From Macrostomum lignano (Eukaryota), in NCBI GenBank assembly GCA_002269645.1, contig NIVC01002230.1:62001-126000 (forward strand): a stretch of DNA of 64,000 bases, in the 5' to 3' direction. Within the stretch, counting starts at the first letter, position 1, and every line of letters begins with the position of its first letter. The notes below the pieces were generated by a model. The model was not told the DNA's origin, did no database searches, and saw only the letters and a program-made list of their open reading frames with translations. The position numbers were made by a program, and so were the translations under genes. Positions 51,452 to 64,000 of the stretch are shown piece after piece.

Positions 51452-54400
51452 ATGTCTGCTGCCAAGTCGGAGGCGCAGGCAACCAGTGGTGATTCACCTG
51501 CACCTGTGGTGATCTGTGGCGCTGGCATCATCGGGTGCTCGGTGGCCTACTACCTGGCCAAGCGGGGAGTGCGCAGCATCCTGCTGGAGCGAGTATCCAT
51601 TGCTAGCGCCGCCTCTGGCAAGGCTGGCGGCTTCCTCGCCCTGGACTGGTGCAGTGGAGCGCTGAACAGCCTGGCCCGGGAGAGCTTCCGGTTGCATGAG
51701 GAACTGGCCAGCGAGCTGGGGGCCGATGTCATTGACTACCGGTGCGCTGGTGGGGCTGTGGTGCATTGCCATGGAAACTGCAGTGTGGATGGGTGCGGGG
51801 ATAGAATGAATTGCTAATCTAGCCTATGATGGATATAGGAATAAAATGGATTGCTAATCTAGCCTATAATGGATATAGGAATAAAATGGATTGCTAATCT
51901 AGCCTATGATAGATGCAGGAATAGAATGGATTGCTAATCTAGCCTATCACGGATGCAGGAATAGAATGGATTGCTAATCTAGCCTATCATGGATGCAGGA
52001 ATAGAAGGGATTGCTAATCTAGCCTATCATGGGTGCAGTAATAGAATGGATTGCTAATCTAGCCTATCATGGATGCAGGAATAGAATGGATTGCTAATCT
52101 AGCCTATAATGGATGCAGGAATAGAATGGATTGCTAATCTAGCCAACATCTATGAAGGAATAGAATGGATTGCTAATTTAGCCTATCATGGGTGCAGGAA
52201 TAGAATGGATTGCTAATCTAGCCAACATCAATGAAAGAATAGAATGGATTTCTAATCTAGTTAACATCAAAGAATTCCGCGTTACCCACCTGTGCAGCCG
52301 TCTCGACACACTTTCCGTCGTGTTCGGCAACTCCAGCCAATCGCACAGCGGCGCTTCCGACCTGCCCGACTGGGTGACCGGCCGGGTGACCGAGTGCGGC
52401 CTGCTGGGCAGTCAGAGCAGCACCGCGCAGGTGCACCCGGGCAAGCTGACAGCCGCCCTGGCACGCAAAGCTGCCGAGCTGGTTGGCTCGGAGGTAAGAG
52501 AAGAACCAGCTTCATTTCGGGATAAGGTTGTGGCGCCATTCTTTTGTTAAATTGTGGCGCCATTCGCTTATTAAATTATGGCGCTCTTCTTTTATTAAAT
52601 TGTGGTGCCATTATTTCATTAAATCGTGGTGCGATTCCTTCATTAGATTGTGGCGCTCTACTTTTATTAAATTGTGGCGCCATTCTTGTATTAAATTGTG
52701 GCTCCATTCATTTATTAAATTGTGGCGCCATTCTTGTATTAAATTGTGGCGCCATTCTTGTATTAAATTGTGGCGCCATTGGCTTATTAAATTGTGGCGC
52801 CATTCTCACATTAAATTGTTGCGCCATTCTTTCATTAAATTGTGGCGCTATTCTTTCAGGTTCGCATTGCCACGGTGACGGGCCTGCAGTGGTCCTCGGA
52901 GCCGGACCCGGCCACCGGCCAGTTCCGCGTCAGTCACGTGCTCGTGTCCGGCGGCCAGCCGCCCATCGCCTGCTCGGCCGTGGTGCTGGCCATGGGCCCG
53001 TGGACGGACGCCGGGCTCGCGTGGCTCAGCCAGCCAACCGGGCAGGTGCGCGGCCACCGGGCCCACTCGCTGGTGGTGCAGCCGGCAGAGCCGGTCTCGC
53101 CGCACGCCCTGTTCACCCAGATGGACGCCGGCCGGGCGTCGCCGGAGTTCTATCCGAGGCCGGACGGCACCGTCTACGTCTGCGGCTTGGGCGACGACCC
53201 GCCGCTGCCCGACTCCTCCGATTTGGTGCGTGTGTGGCGCCAGTTGCAGTTTAATCAGGAATTATTAGAATGATTAGATTGAAATTCTTCAACGTTAAAC
53301 TTCTACTTAAAGTAGATATTCTGAATATTGACAGTTTTTCAAAGTTTTTTGCTAACTAATTTTAACTGGCTGTAGTTTAAGTTTTAAGGCTCTTAACGAC
53401 AACTGTCTGTGACCTGGAACTCACCTGAATTTTAACTATCAGACGCCTGAAATATAGCTATCATAAACACCTGACGCCTAGCTGTCAGACACCTGACGCC
53501 TAGCTGTTAAAAACACCTGACGCCTAGCTGTCAAAGACACCTGACACCTAGCTGTCAAAGACACCTGACGCCTAGCTGTCAAAGACACCTGACACCTAGC
53601 TGTCAAAGACACCTGACGCCTAGCTGTCAGACACCTGACGCCTAGCTGTTAAAAACACCTGACGCCTAGCTGTCAAAGACACCTGACACCTAGCTGTCAA
53701 AGACACCTGACACCTAGCTGTCAAAGACACCTGACACCTAGCTGTCAAAGACACCTGACGCCTAGCTGTCAAAGACACCTGACGCCTAGCTGTCAAAGAC
53801 ACCTGACGCCTAGCTGTCAAAGACACCTGACACCTAGCTGTCAAAGACACCTGACACGTAGCTGTCAGACACCTGACAACTAGCTATCAAAGACACCTGA
53901 CACGTAGCTGTCAAAGACACCTGACAACTAGCTGTCAAAGACACCTGAGACCTAGCTGTCAAAGACACCTGACAACTAGCTGTCAAAGACACCTGACACC
54001 TAGCTATCAAAGACACCTGACAACGAGCTGTCAAAGACACCTGACACGTAGCTGTCAAAGACACCTGAGACCTAGCTGCCAAAGACACCTGAGACCTAGC
54101 TGTCAAAGACACCTGACACGTAGCTGTCAAAGACACCTGACACCTAGCTGTCAAAGACACCTGACAACTAGCTGTCAAAGACACCTGACACCTAGCTGTC
54201 AAAGACACCTTACACCTAGCTGTCAAAGACACCTGACAACTAGCTGTCAAAGACACCTGACACCTAGCTGTCAAAGACACCTTACACCTAGCTGTCAAAG
54301 ACACCTGACAACTAGCTGTCAAAGACACCTGACACCTAGCTGTCAAAGACACCTGACACCTAGCTGTCAAAGACACCTGAGACGTAGCTTTCGAAATTCC

Positions 54401-54699
54401 CGATGTTCCCGCAGGTGAAGCCAGACGAGAAGCGCAGCGACCGCCTGTGGCGCCTGGCAGCCGCCTGCTCAGACCGGCTGGGTCGCGGGCGCCTCCTGGC
54501 CCACCAGGCCTGCTACCTGCCTCTGGCCGAGCGCGGCCTGCCACTGATCGGCCGGGCGCCCGGCAAGCACAACGCTTTTGTAGCGGCCGGACACAGCTGT
54601 TGGGGCATTCTGAACGGCCCGGCCACTGGCCGAATGCTTGCCGACCTTATTTTGGACGGTCGGTGCGGTTTTATAGACCACCGGCCGTTCGCCTTCTGA
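51452..54699 (+). CDS. FAD-dependent oxidoreductase, DAO family (TDA3-like)
   Basis: Exons 51452-51741, 52298-52493, 52860-53225 and 54415-54699 with compatible phases. Motifs: VVICGAGIIG (Rossmann), ASGKAGGFLALDW, AQVHP, GHRAHS, EFYPRPDGTVYVCG, QACYLP, AAGHSCWGILNGPATG. Confidence 0.93.
51805..52262. repeat. Intronic minisatellite, ~40-bp unit
   Basis: Unit AATAGAATGGATTGCTAATCTAGCCTATCATGGATGCAGG. Confidence 0.9.
52525..52859. repeat. Intronic minisatellite, 24-bp unit (TTAAATTGTGGCGCCATTCTTGTA); the last unit forms the splice acceptor
   Basis: The final copy reads TTAAATTGTGGCGCTATTCTTTCAG followed by the exon. Confidence 0.88.
53460..54385. repeat. Intronic minisatellite, 24-bp unit (CCTAGCTGTCAAAGACACCTGACA)
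   Basis: Tandem copies. Confidence 0.95.
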
Positions 54700-54861
54700 G
54701 CATGCCGGTTTTATGTTTTTAAAGTATTTTATCGAGTTCTTCATGTACTTTTAAGCCTTAGTAGATTTTTCAGGTTAGAAATTATTTTTTTGTAATTGTC
54801 TCTAATGCGATTTTTGCCTCTGCTTTGTGCCATTATGATATTTCTGCTTGATGTCTGCAAA

Positions 54862-55366
54862 TAAGGGGACAAACAGTCCCAGAGATAAGGGGATAAACAG
54901 TGCCAGAGATAAGGGGACAAACAGTCCTAGAGATAAGGGGACAAACAGTCCCAGAGATAAGGGGACAAACAGTCCCAGAGATAAGGGGACAAACAGTCCC
55001 AGAGATAAGGGGACAAACAGTCCCAGAGATAAGGGGACAAACAGTCCCAGAGATAAGGGGACAAACAGTCCCAGAGATAAGGGGACAAACAGTCCCAGAG
55101 ATAAGGGGACAAACAGTCCCAGAGATAAGGGGACTAACAGGCCCAGAGATAAGGGGACAAACAGTCCCAGAGATAAGGGGACAAACAGTCCTAGAGATAA
55201 GGGGACAAACAGTCCCAGAGATAAGGAGACAAACAGTCCCAGAGATAAGGGGACAAACAGTCCCAGAGATAAGGGGACAAACAGTCCCAGAGATAAGGGG
55301 ACAAACAGTCCCAGAGATAAGGGGACAAACAGTCCCAGAGATAAGGGGACAAACAGTCCCAGAGAT
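54862..55366. repeat. Minisatellite, 24-bp unit (GATAAGGGGACAAACAGTCCCAGA)
   Basis: Tandem copies. Confidence 0.95.
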
Positions 55367-56082
55367 GAAGTAATAAGCAGTGCAGTAGTTGCGGCCAAGT
55401 ATCCTGATTACTGATGCGACATCGCATTAATTTATATAATCTTTGCAGGCTCCTTTTGTTCATGTACTTTTTCTAAAAACACTGCTGAACTGCTGATTAA
55501 TATACGTCACCGATAAGAAGTTAAACTACTGCCAGTACTGGGTGCGGATATCTAATTAAATTTACAATCCAACAATTATATACTATGCAGTGCAACATAA
55601 TTTTGATTTCCTATGACAAGCATTTGTGTTGTTAATTGCTTGATTATCGAGTTTCGCCGACTAACCCGAATATAGATTTATTAATATTTTGTGGCACCTT
55701 ACTGTTCCAAGTGCCTGGCGTACAGTGAAGTACAGGGGCATTACAGCGGCGCTGTGCATACAAATTGCCGAGCAAAGGGCTTTGCCCGCCCTCTGGCCAA
55801 ATCACGCAGCCGCAGGCGGTTTGCAGCAGCTGCTGATTTTATTTTATTCTGTTTAAACTACAAATATTATAGAATGAGAAGTGGAGGGAATGTGTGGGAG
55901 GGTGGCGGCTGAGTAAGCGGTTGCCATGCTCCGGTGAGCACTGTTTGTTTACTCTGGCCGACAAGTCAACGGCTTTGGCAAACACGCTGACGCAGCAGGT
56001 GGGGGGCTTTTATATTGGGCTGAGCCGCGGCGAGAGCTGGGCAGCTACTCATCTGTGCTGGCTGAGAAACTGCCATCAAAGC

Positions 56083-56316
56083 ATGTGCCGCAACCGGTCC
56101 GACTGCCTGTCCTGCCTGTGGACCTTCCTGTGGCTGCTGGTGCTGATCCTGCTGGCCTGGCCGGTGGCATTCCTGCTGTTCCCCATCTTCCTGCTGCTGC
56201 TGCCCACCAAAGCCTGCTGCGGGCCCTGCGCCGCCTTTGTTGACCTGCTGCACCAGGGCGTGCTGCTGCCGCTGTTCTGCGCTGTCAACGCCATGGACGG
56301 CACGCCGATGTGCTGA
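56083..56316 (+). CDS. Small Cys-rich membrane protein, 77 aa, unknown function
   Basis: MCRNRSDCLSCLWTFLWLLVLILLAWPVAFLLFPIFLLLLPTKACCGPCAAFVDLLHQGVLLPLFCAVNAMDGTPMC. GC-rich coding-like codons and a long hydrophobic hairpin. Confidence 0.7.
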   Translation: MCRNRSDCLSCLWTFLWLLVLILLAWPVAFLLFPIFLLLLPTKACCGPCAAFVDLLHQGVLLPLFCAVNAMDGTPMC

Positions 56317-57059
56317 ACGGCCTAGCAACAGCCTAGCAACGAGTGCTGTTACTTCAAATTAATAGACGGAACTAAGAACGGCTCGTTCAGTATGATTTTT
56401 TAGCGTCTAATTTTCAGACTGACTAACTTTATATGCTTGTAATATTTGTATATTGTATAAATAATCACCGCCACTGGACTTGAACAATATAAAATTGAAC
56501 AATAATTATTACAATTATAAATATATATGTATGCATAAGTTCGAGGGCGGGCCGGGCTTTTATTGCACAAGCTGTACTACATATATTAACATATTTTTTC
56601 GCCATTTCTCGGCCATGAAAACGCAATCAAATCGATAGAAAAAAGGCCGTCTGCAATAAAGAGGAAAAAAGCAGCTTATTAATCGTAAAACAGACCAGAG
56701 ATTTCAATAGCTTCCACTTCGCAACTGGGCAACAAAAAGAAGCGACAGCAAAAAAAGCCAAACGAATATTGCGAGACCCAGACTTGCACTGCTAGCTACT
56801 GTTAGTAGAGCGGCGCAGACATGGCGGCTGCGGGCTGAAATATAAACATTGCTACGCTTTGCCGACCTCGCTGGCTTCGCAGCGCGGAGACTAGACTCTA
56901 ACTTCTAGGAGCAAAAAATTTAATGACTTGAATCGAATAATAGGCTGAATTGAACGCGGAACCACAAAGCGGTGCTGCTGGGGGAAAACGTGGGGGGGGG
57001 GGGGTATCAAAAAGATCAACATCGAAGCTGATGGACACGACATAAAAATTGATTCGTGA

Positions 57060-57450
57060 ATGATCTAGTTTTGAATCGGTCATTGCCCTCTAAAAATATA
57101 GCTTTGAATCTGTCATTGCCCTCTAAAAATCTAGTTTTGAATCGGTCATTGCCCTCTAAAAATTTAGTTTTGAGTCGGTCATTGCCCTCTGAAAATATAG
57201 CTTTGAATCGGTCATTGCCCTCTAAAAATTTAGTTTTGAATCGGTCATTGCCCTCTAAAATTTAGTTTTGAATCGGTCATTGCCCTCTAAAATTTAGTTT
57301 TGAATCGGTCATTGCCCTCTAAAATTTAGTTTTGAATCGGTCATTGCCCTCTAAAATTTAGTTTTGAATCGGTCATTGCCCTCCAGTAATTTAGCTTTGA
57401 ATCGGTCATTGCCCTCTAAAATTTAGTTTTGAATCGGTCATTGCCCTCTA
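57060..57450. repeat. Minisatellite, ~32-bp unit (TTTTGAATCGGTCATTGCCCTCTAAAATTTAG)
   Basis: Tandem copies. Confidence 0.92.
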
Positions 57451-57694
57451 ATAGTCTAGAGTTCGCATTTCAATGCGGCACAAAAACATGGCGGTCCGAC
57501 TACTGAGCTATAGCTACAGGTGCACACCATAGAAACGCGGACACAAAGGCTGGTAGCGGCAACAACAGCTAACAATAGTATTTGATTTAACAATAATTAT
57601 AACAACGATTAAGAGAATCATTGATCAATAAAATCACTGCGTACGCATGCATATGCCAGTGAGTGTAAAACAATCAGCTAGACATCCATAGAGA

Positions 57695-60600
57695 TCAATA
57701 GAGACCGCAGCCGCGCAGGTTATTAGCGATGATGACGTCAGTGACGGCGTCGAACACGAACTGGATGTTGTTGGTGTCGGTGGCGCAGGTCTGGTGACAG
57801 TAAATCTCCTTGTTCGGCGACTTGTTCTTGGCCTCGAATTGGGCCTGAATGTAGGCGGCGGCCTCTTCGTACGTCTGCTTGCCTGCAGAGCGGTTGATTT
57901 AGGTAAATAGATTTTCGATACATATCGGGTAAATAGATTTTCGATACATATCGGGTAAAATGATTTTTTATTCATATCGGGTAAAATGATTTTCGATTCA
58001 TATCGGGTAAATCGATTTTCGATACATATCGGGTAAATCGATTTTTGATACATATCGGGTAAAATGATTTTTTATTCATATCGGGTAAATCGATTTTCGA
58101 TACATATCGGGTAAATCGATTTTCGATACATATCGGGTAAATCGATTTTTGATACATATCGGGTAAAATGATTTTTTATTCATATCGGGTAAAATGATTT
58201 TCGATTCATATCGGGTAAATCGATTTTCGATACATATCGGGTAAATCGATTTTCGATACATATCGGGTAAATCGATTTTTGATACATATCGGGTAAAATG
58301 ATTTTTTATTCATATCGGGTAAAATGATTTTCGATTCATATCGGGTAAATCGATTTTCGATACATATCGGGTAAATCGATTTTTGATACATATCGGGTAA
58401 AAAGATTTTTTATTCATATCGGGTAAATCGATTTTCGATACATATCGGAGAAAAGATTTTTGATACACATCGGTTAAAACGATTTTTGATACATATCGGG
58501 CAAACAGATTTTCGATACATATCGGGTTAAATCGATTTTCGATACATATCGGGTAAAATGACTTTCTATACATATCGGGCAAATAGATTCTTGATACATA
58601 TCGGGCAAATAGATTCTTGATACATATCGAGCAAATATATTTTCGATACATATCGGGTAAACTTACAGCTTTAATGTATTGGCTAAAGTGAACTATATTA
58701 CACTTACACCCTGTCAGAGCTGAGCTGAGTATTTAGCCAAGTCGATATTATATTATTTTGTTTAGTACCAAGTAAAGCCAAAATCATAAACAGCGACTTA
58801 CCGCAATATTCTGGGAAGCAAGTAGTCAATGGCGATCGTTTAATTTTCTCTTCGAACAGATCTTTTTTGTTAAGAAACAAAATAATAGAAGTCTCCGTGA
58901 ACCATTTGTTGTTGCAGATGCTGTCAAATAGTTTTAATGACTCTTGCATGCGGTTCTAAAATTGTAGGCGAAATACAAGCTTAGCTTAACTGCATAAATT
59001 TATATTATAGCCTACCAATAGTAGTATCGACTACTTATATCAGACTTACAGTGGTCTCGTCCTCGTGCAGTACCTGGTCGTACTCGCTCATAGCCACACA
59101 GAAGATAATAGCGGTGACGTCCTCGAAACAGTGGATCCACTTCTTCCGCTCGGAGCGCTGGCCGCCAACGTCGAAGAGCCTGTTAGGGAGCACAAATGAT
59201 GAAGGAAGAGGCTGAGACTAGGACAGGCCCCTCTTTTCGTGCCCTTTGAGCAAATCTTATGATGAGATTATGATCTTATTATGATGAGATTAAGATGAGG
59301 GGAATATTCTAATAAACTTGTGTTGCAATGGAATTGGGATGTGAATGGTTGGGATTGGGATGTGAATTGTTGGGATTGGGATGTGAATGGTTGGGATTGG
59401 GATGTGAATGGTTGAGATTGGAATGTGAATAGTTGGGATTGGGATGTGAATAGTTGAGATTGGAATGTGAATTGTTGGGATTGGAATGTGAATAGTTGGG
59501 ATTGGAATGTGAATTGTTGGGATTGGAATGTGAATTGTTGGGATTGGGATGTGAATAGTTGAGATTGGAATGTGAATGGTTGGAATTGGAATGTGAATAG
59601 TTGGGATTGGAATGTGAATAGTGAGATTGGAATGTGAATGGTTGGGATTGGAATTTGAATAGTTGAGATTCGAATGTGAATGGTTGGGATTGGAATGTGA
59701 ATGGTTGAGATTTGAATGTGAATGGTTGGGATTGGAATGTGAATAGTTGGGATTGGAATGTGAATAGTTGGGATTGGAATGTGAATGGTTGGGATTGGAA
59801 TGTGAATAGTTGGGATTGGAATGTGAATAGTGAGATTGGAATGTGAATGGTTGGGATTGGAATTTGAATAGTTGAGATTCGAATGTGAATGGTTGGGATT
59901 GGAATGTGAATGGTTGAGATTTGAATGTGAATGGTTGGGATTGGAATGTGAATGGTTGGAATTGGAATGTGAATAGTTGGGATTGGAATGTGAATGGTTG
60001 GGATTGGAATGTGAATAGTTGGGATTGGAATGTGAATAGTTGGGATTGGAATGTGAATAGTTGGGATTGGAATGTGAATAGTTGAGATTGGAATGTGAAT
60101 GGTTGGGATTGGAATGTGAATAGTGAGATTGGAATGTGAATAGTTGGGATTGGAATGTGAATAGTTGGGATTGGAATGTGAATAGTTGAGATTGGAATGT
60201 GAATGGTTAGGATTTGGGATTTTAATAATGGATTAAAATGGCATTTAAACGATAATCATCTAGCAGTAGCTAGAAGCACCGAGTGCTCACTTGAAATTGA
60301 GATTCTTAAAGACGAAGTGCACTTCAACGATGCCGGTGGTTTTGACTCGAGTCCGCAGGATGTCCTGCTCAGTGGGCATGTAGGCCTTGGCGCCAAGCCG
60401 GTCCAAGTCGTCTAAGAAGTACTTGGCCGAGTCGTTGAGCTGGTACTCGTTGGAACGGCCGAAGCACTGCTGGACGCCGGAGTCCGCCCACAGGCGCTTC
60501 ATCGCGGCCAGCAGCTCGTCTGAGAAGGGCTCCGTGTCTTCCATGCGGCCGATGACGTCGAATACAAGGCGAGAGTCCGCCTGGAAACAACAGGTCTTAT

Positions 60601-63600
60601 TTATCAGAAGTATAACAGATATTTTTATCAGAAGTCTAACGGGTCTATGGGAATGTCTAAAAGATCTATGGGATGTCTAACAGATCTAGGGAAATGTCTA
60701 ACAGGATCTAGGGAAATGTCTAACAGATCTATGGGATGTCTAACAGATCTAGGGAAATGTCTAACAGATCTATGGGGATGTCTAACAGATCTAGGGAAAT
60801 GTCTAACAGATCTATGGGATGTCTAACAGGATCTAGGGAAATGTCTAACAGATCTATGGGATGTCTAACAGGATCTAGGTAAATGTCTAACAGATCTATG
60901 GGATGTCTAACAGATCTATGGGATGTCTAACAGATCTATGGGGATGTCTAACAGGATCTAGAGAAATGTCTAACAGATCTATGGGGATGTCTAACAGGAT
61001 CTAGGGAAATGTCTAACAGATCTATGGGGATGTCTAACAGATCTAGGGAAATGTCTAACAGATCTATGGGGATATCTAACAGATCTAGGGAAATTTCTAA
61101 CAGATCTATGGAAATGTCTAACAGACCTATGGGATGTCTAACAGATCTATGGGGATGTCCAACAGGATCTAGGGAGATGTCTAACAGATCTATGGGATGT
61201 CTAACAGGATCTAGGGAAATGTCTAACAGATCTATGGGATGTCTAACAGATCTATGGGATGTCTAACAGATCTATGGGATGTCTAACAGATCTATGGGGA
61301 TGTCTAACAGGATCTAGGGAAATGTCTAACAGATCTATGGGGATGTCTAACAGGATCTAGGGAAATGTCTAACAGATCTATGGGGATGTCTAACAGGATC
61401 TAGGGAAATGTCTAACAGATCTATGGGATGTCTAACAGATCTAGGGAAATGTCTAACAGATCTATGGGATGTCTAACAGATCTAGGGAAATGTCTAACAG
61501 ATCTATGGGATGTCTAACAGATCTAGGGAAATGTCTAACAGATCTATGGGATGTCTAACAGATCTAGGAAAATGTCTAACAGATCTATGGGATGTCTAAC
61601 AGATCTAGGGAAATGTCTAACAGATCTATGGGATGTCTAACAGATCTAGGGAAATGTCTAACAGATCTAGGGAAATGTCTAACAGATCTATGGGGATGTC
61701 TAACAGATCTATGGGGATATCTAACAGATTTATGAGAATGTCTAACAGATCTATGGGGATATCTAACATATTTATGAGAATGTCCAACAGATCTATGGGG
61801 ATATCTAACATATTTATGAGAATGTCCAACAGATCTATGGGGATATCTAACATATTTATGAGAATGTCTAACAGATCTATGGGAATATCTAAAAGATGTC
61901 ACAAAGATCTATGGGGATATCCAAAAGATATGAATTCAATCTAAGTAGATCTAGCAAGCTTATATGATCTCAAAGAAGCAGCATCTGAAATGTAGACGAG
62001 TTTCACACCTGCCGCTCCGAGTCGCCATAAGAGATGCCCAGAGTGGTCATAGCGCGCAGTATGGCCACCAGAGACTGGATGGTGTTGCTGTACACCACAG
62101 GCTTGTACTGCTTGTTGTCCTCCTGGGTGAAGCCGCCCTCGTGAATAATTCTGCAATGGTTGGGTAAAAGAGGGCAATTAGTTTGAAAAAAGGACAGAGT
62201 CGAAACAAGCCGGAAAATTTGTGTCGACATTTAAACATGCTTACTTCATCTGCTTGACAATTGTACTTTTGCCTGACTCTCCAGCGCCTGAAAGGGTTGG
62301 TAAGGTTGGCCAGTTATGAATATAATTCGCAGGAACAACGCCTTCAGCGAGATCATGGGCAATTCTGTCCAGCTTAAAATCGAATTGGATTCTGTGAAAT
62401 TTCGAGCTTGAGAAAGCGACTCAGCAGAGCCACTCCGCCTCAAGATTGTAGGATAGATTTGGGATTTCAGCTTCATAGTGCATTTCAAGCGTGCGTTATT
62501 TCCTTTGTGGATTTCTAGGAAACGCTTCTGTGGGCCAATATGTATCGAAAGTATGAAACACTAAATAATATTGCTGTGTAACAGGCAACGCTCTGGCAGC
62601 GTGAAGAAGCCCCTAGAAGCAACAAGCCTAGCAAAGGAGGAAGCTGGAATGAGAAGGAAGTCGAGAGAGAAAGGCAGTGGCGGATGGCAGCGTAGAATTC
62701 CCAATTCTAATTTTCCTATCCCGCCTTGGGCTGCGGAAATTGGCGCCAGGGGGAGGGGCGGGTTAAGGAAGCGGCCGAAGAAGCCAAGGGCGCCACGCCC
62801 AGCATTAGTTGAGTAATATGCAAATATATTATAGACACCCACATACACAGCATGTTGAATAGTGGCGATAAGCGCAATTAGCAGCGGAACTCGGAGTGCA
62901 GAAACGTGCACTGCAGATGCCATTGCCGATAGTACGGGTTAAGGATACATTAGGTGTGTAAGCTGCTGTAATGTAATGTAGACAAGGCATGTAAGCTGCT
63001 GTAATGTAATGTAGACAAGGCATGTAAGCTACTGTAATGTAATGTAGACAAGGCATGTAAGCTACTGTAATGTAATGTAGACAAGGCATGTAAGCTACTG
63101 TAATGTAATGTAGACAATGCATGTAAGCTGATGTAATGTAATTTAGACAAGGCATGTAAGCTGCTGTAATGTAATGTAGACAAGGCATGTAAGCTGCTGT
63201 AATGTAATGTAGACAAGGCATGTAAGCTGCTGTAATGTAATGTAGACAAGGCATGTAAGCTACTGTAATGTAATGTAGACAAGGCATGTAAGCTACTGTA
63301 ATGTAATGTAGACAAGGCATGGAAGCTACTGTAATGTAATGTAGACAATGCATGTAAGCTACTGTAATGTAATTTAGACAAGGCATGTAAGCTGCTGTAA
63401 TGTAATGTAGACAAGGCATGTAAGCTGCTGTAATGTAATGTAGACAAGGCATGTAAGCTGCTGTAATGTAATGTAGACAAGGCATGTAAGCTGCTGTAAT
63501 GTAATGTAGACAAGACATGTAAGCTACTGTAATGCAATGTATGCAGGGTGTGCTAACTAACTGAAATACATGTAGATGTGACAGCCATGCTAGCTATGTA

Positions 63601-64000
63601 AGCTAGACAGCCAAGACCAGCATATTACAAAGAAGGCGAGAAGAGAAAGTGGAAAGCAGAGCAGGCAGCACCAAAAGATATTAGGCTGTCACAAGCACGC
63701 TAAAAACTTTGCGCGGGAAGTGGGGCACTGGAGTGTGTAGGGCAGAGAGTGAGCGAGTGAATGATGAGAGAAGACAGCCGACCGCGGGAGAGACAAGTCT
63801 AATTCCGCTAATTCCCCCATGAGCAAAGGGGATAACGAGCCCGACAGCTGAGTAGTGCTAACAGCTGCGCCGGAGTTGAGCAGAGAGCCGGTATTGTAAT
63901 GAAATTTATGGGCGAGACTCACCAAGTAGCAGCAGCTTGATGTCCTTGGCAGCCTGGACCCCGTCCTCTTTCAAGAGGCGATCGATGGTCTTGGATTGCT
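57695..64000 (-). CDS. GNAO1: Heterotrimeric G protein alpha-o subunit (start lies beyond the window)
   Basis: Exons >64000-63923, 62287-62245 (43 nt, [15 protein letters not shown]), 62150-62009 (142 nt), 60580-60291 (290 nt), 59179-59050 ([12 protein letters not shown]), 58955-58802 (FLNKKD) and 57882-57695 (TCATDT...NNLRGCGLY*). The C-terminus is diagnostic of G-alpha-o. Confidence 0.97.
57900..58660. repeat. Intronic minisatellite, 26-bp unit (TCGATACATATCGGGTAAATCGATTT)
   Basis: Located in the last intron of G-alpha-o. Confidence 0.93.
59330..60205. repeat. Intronic minisatellite, 21-bp unit (GGGATTGGAATGTGAATAGTT)
   Basis: Tandem copies. Confidence 0.93.
60640..61905. repeat. Intronic minisatellite, 20/21-bp units (ATGTCTAACAGATCTATGGG / ATGTCTAACAGATCTAGGGAA)
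   Basis: Alternating variants. Confidence 0.93.
62958..63535. repeat. Intronic minisatellite, 33-bp unit (GTAATGTAATGTAGACAAGGCATGTAAGCTGCT)
   Basis: Tandem copies in G-alpha-o intron 1. Confidence 0.95.

Overview
Eukaryotic (invertebrate animal) genomic DNA: GC-rich exons, GT-AG introns filled with intron-private minisatellites, TTAGGG-type repeats and Ty3/Gypsy elements. The style resembles the flatworm Macrostomum, which is an inference. Recognisable genes: intronless RPL35A, FoxJ2/3, an FAD-dependent (DAO-family) oxidoreductase, G-alpha-o (5' end outside the window), a PAN+fibrinogen-domain gene, an eclosion-hormone-like peptide and a small Cys-rich membrane protein. The main result is a tandemly duplicated two-gene cassette (A: 5219-12207; B: 15325-25527). 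In each copy a 4-exon single-pass receptor gene with a SEFIR/TIR-like tail (+ strand) converges tail-to-tail on an intronless secreted protein with two IL-17-like cystine-knot modules (- strand). Between the copies, the receptor ectodomain and the N-terminal ligand module have diverged strongly. The receptor TM/cytoplasmic part and the C-terminal ligand part are nearly identical at DNA level. This pattern suggests linked, co-evolving ligand-receptor pairs. Family assignments come from motif reading by eye, not database searches. The window also contains two LTR-bounded Gypsy elements, two decayed Gypsy remnants, SINE copies and four MITE families, one of which carries telomeric repeats.
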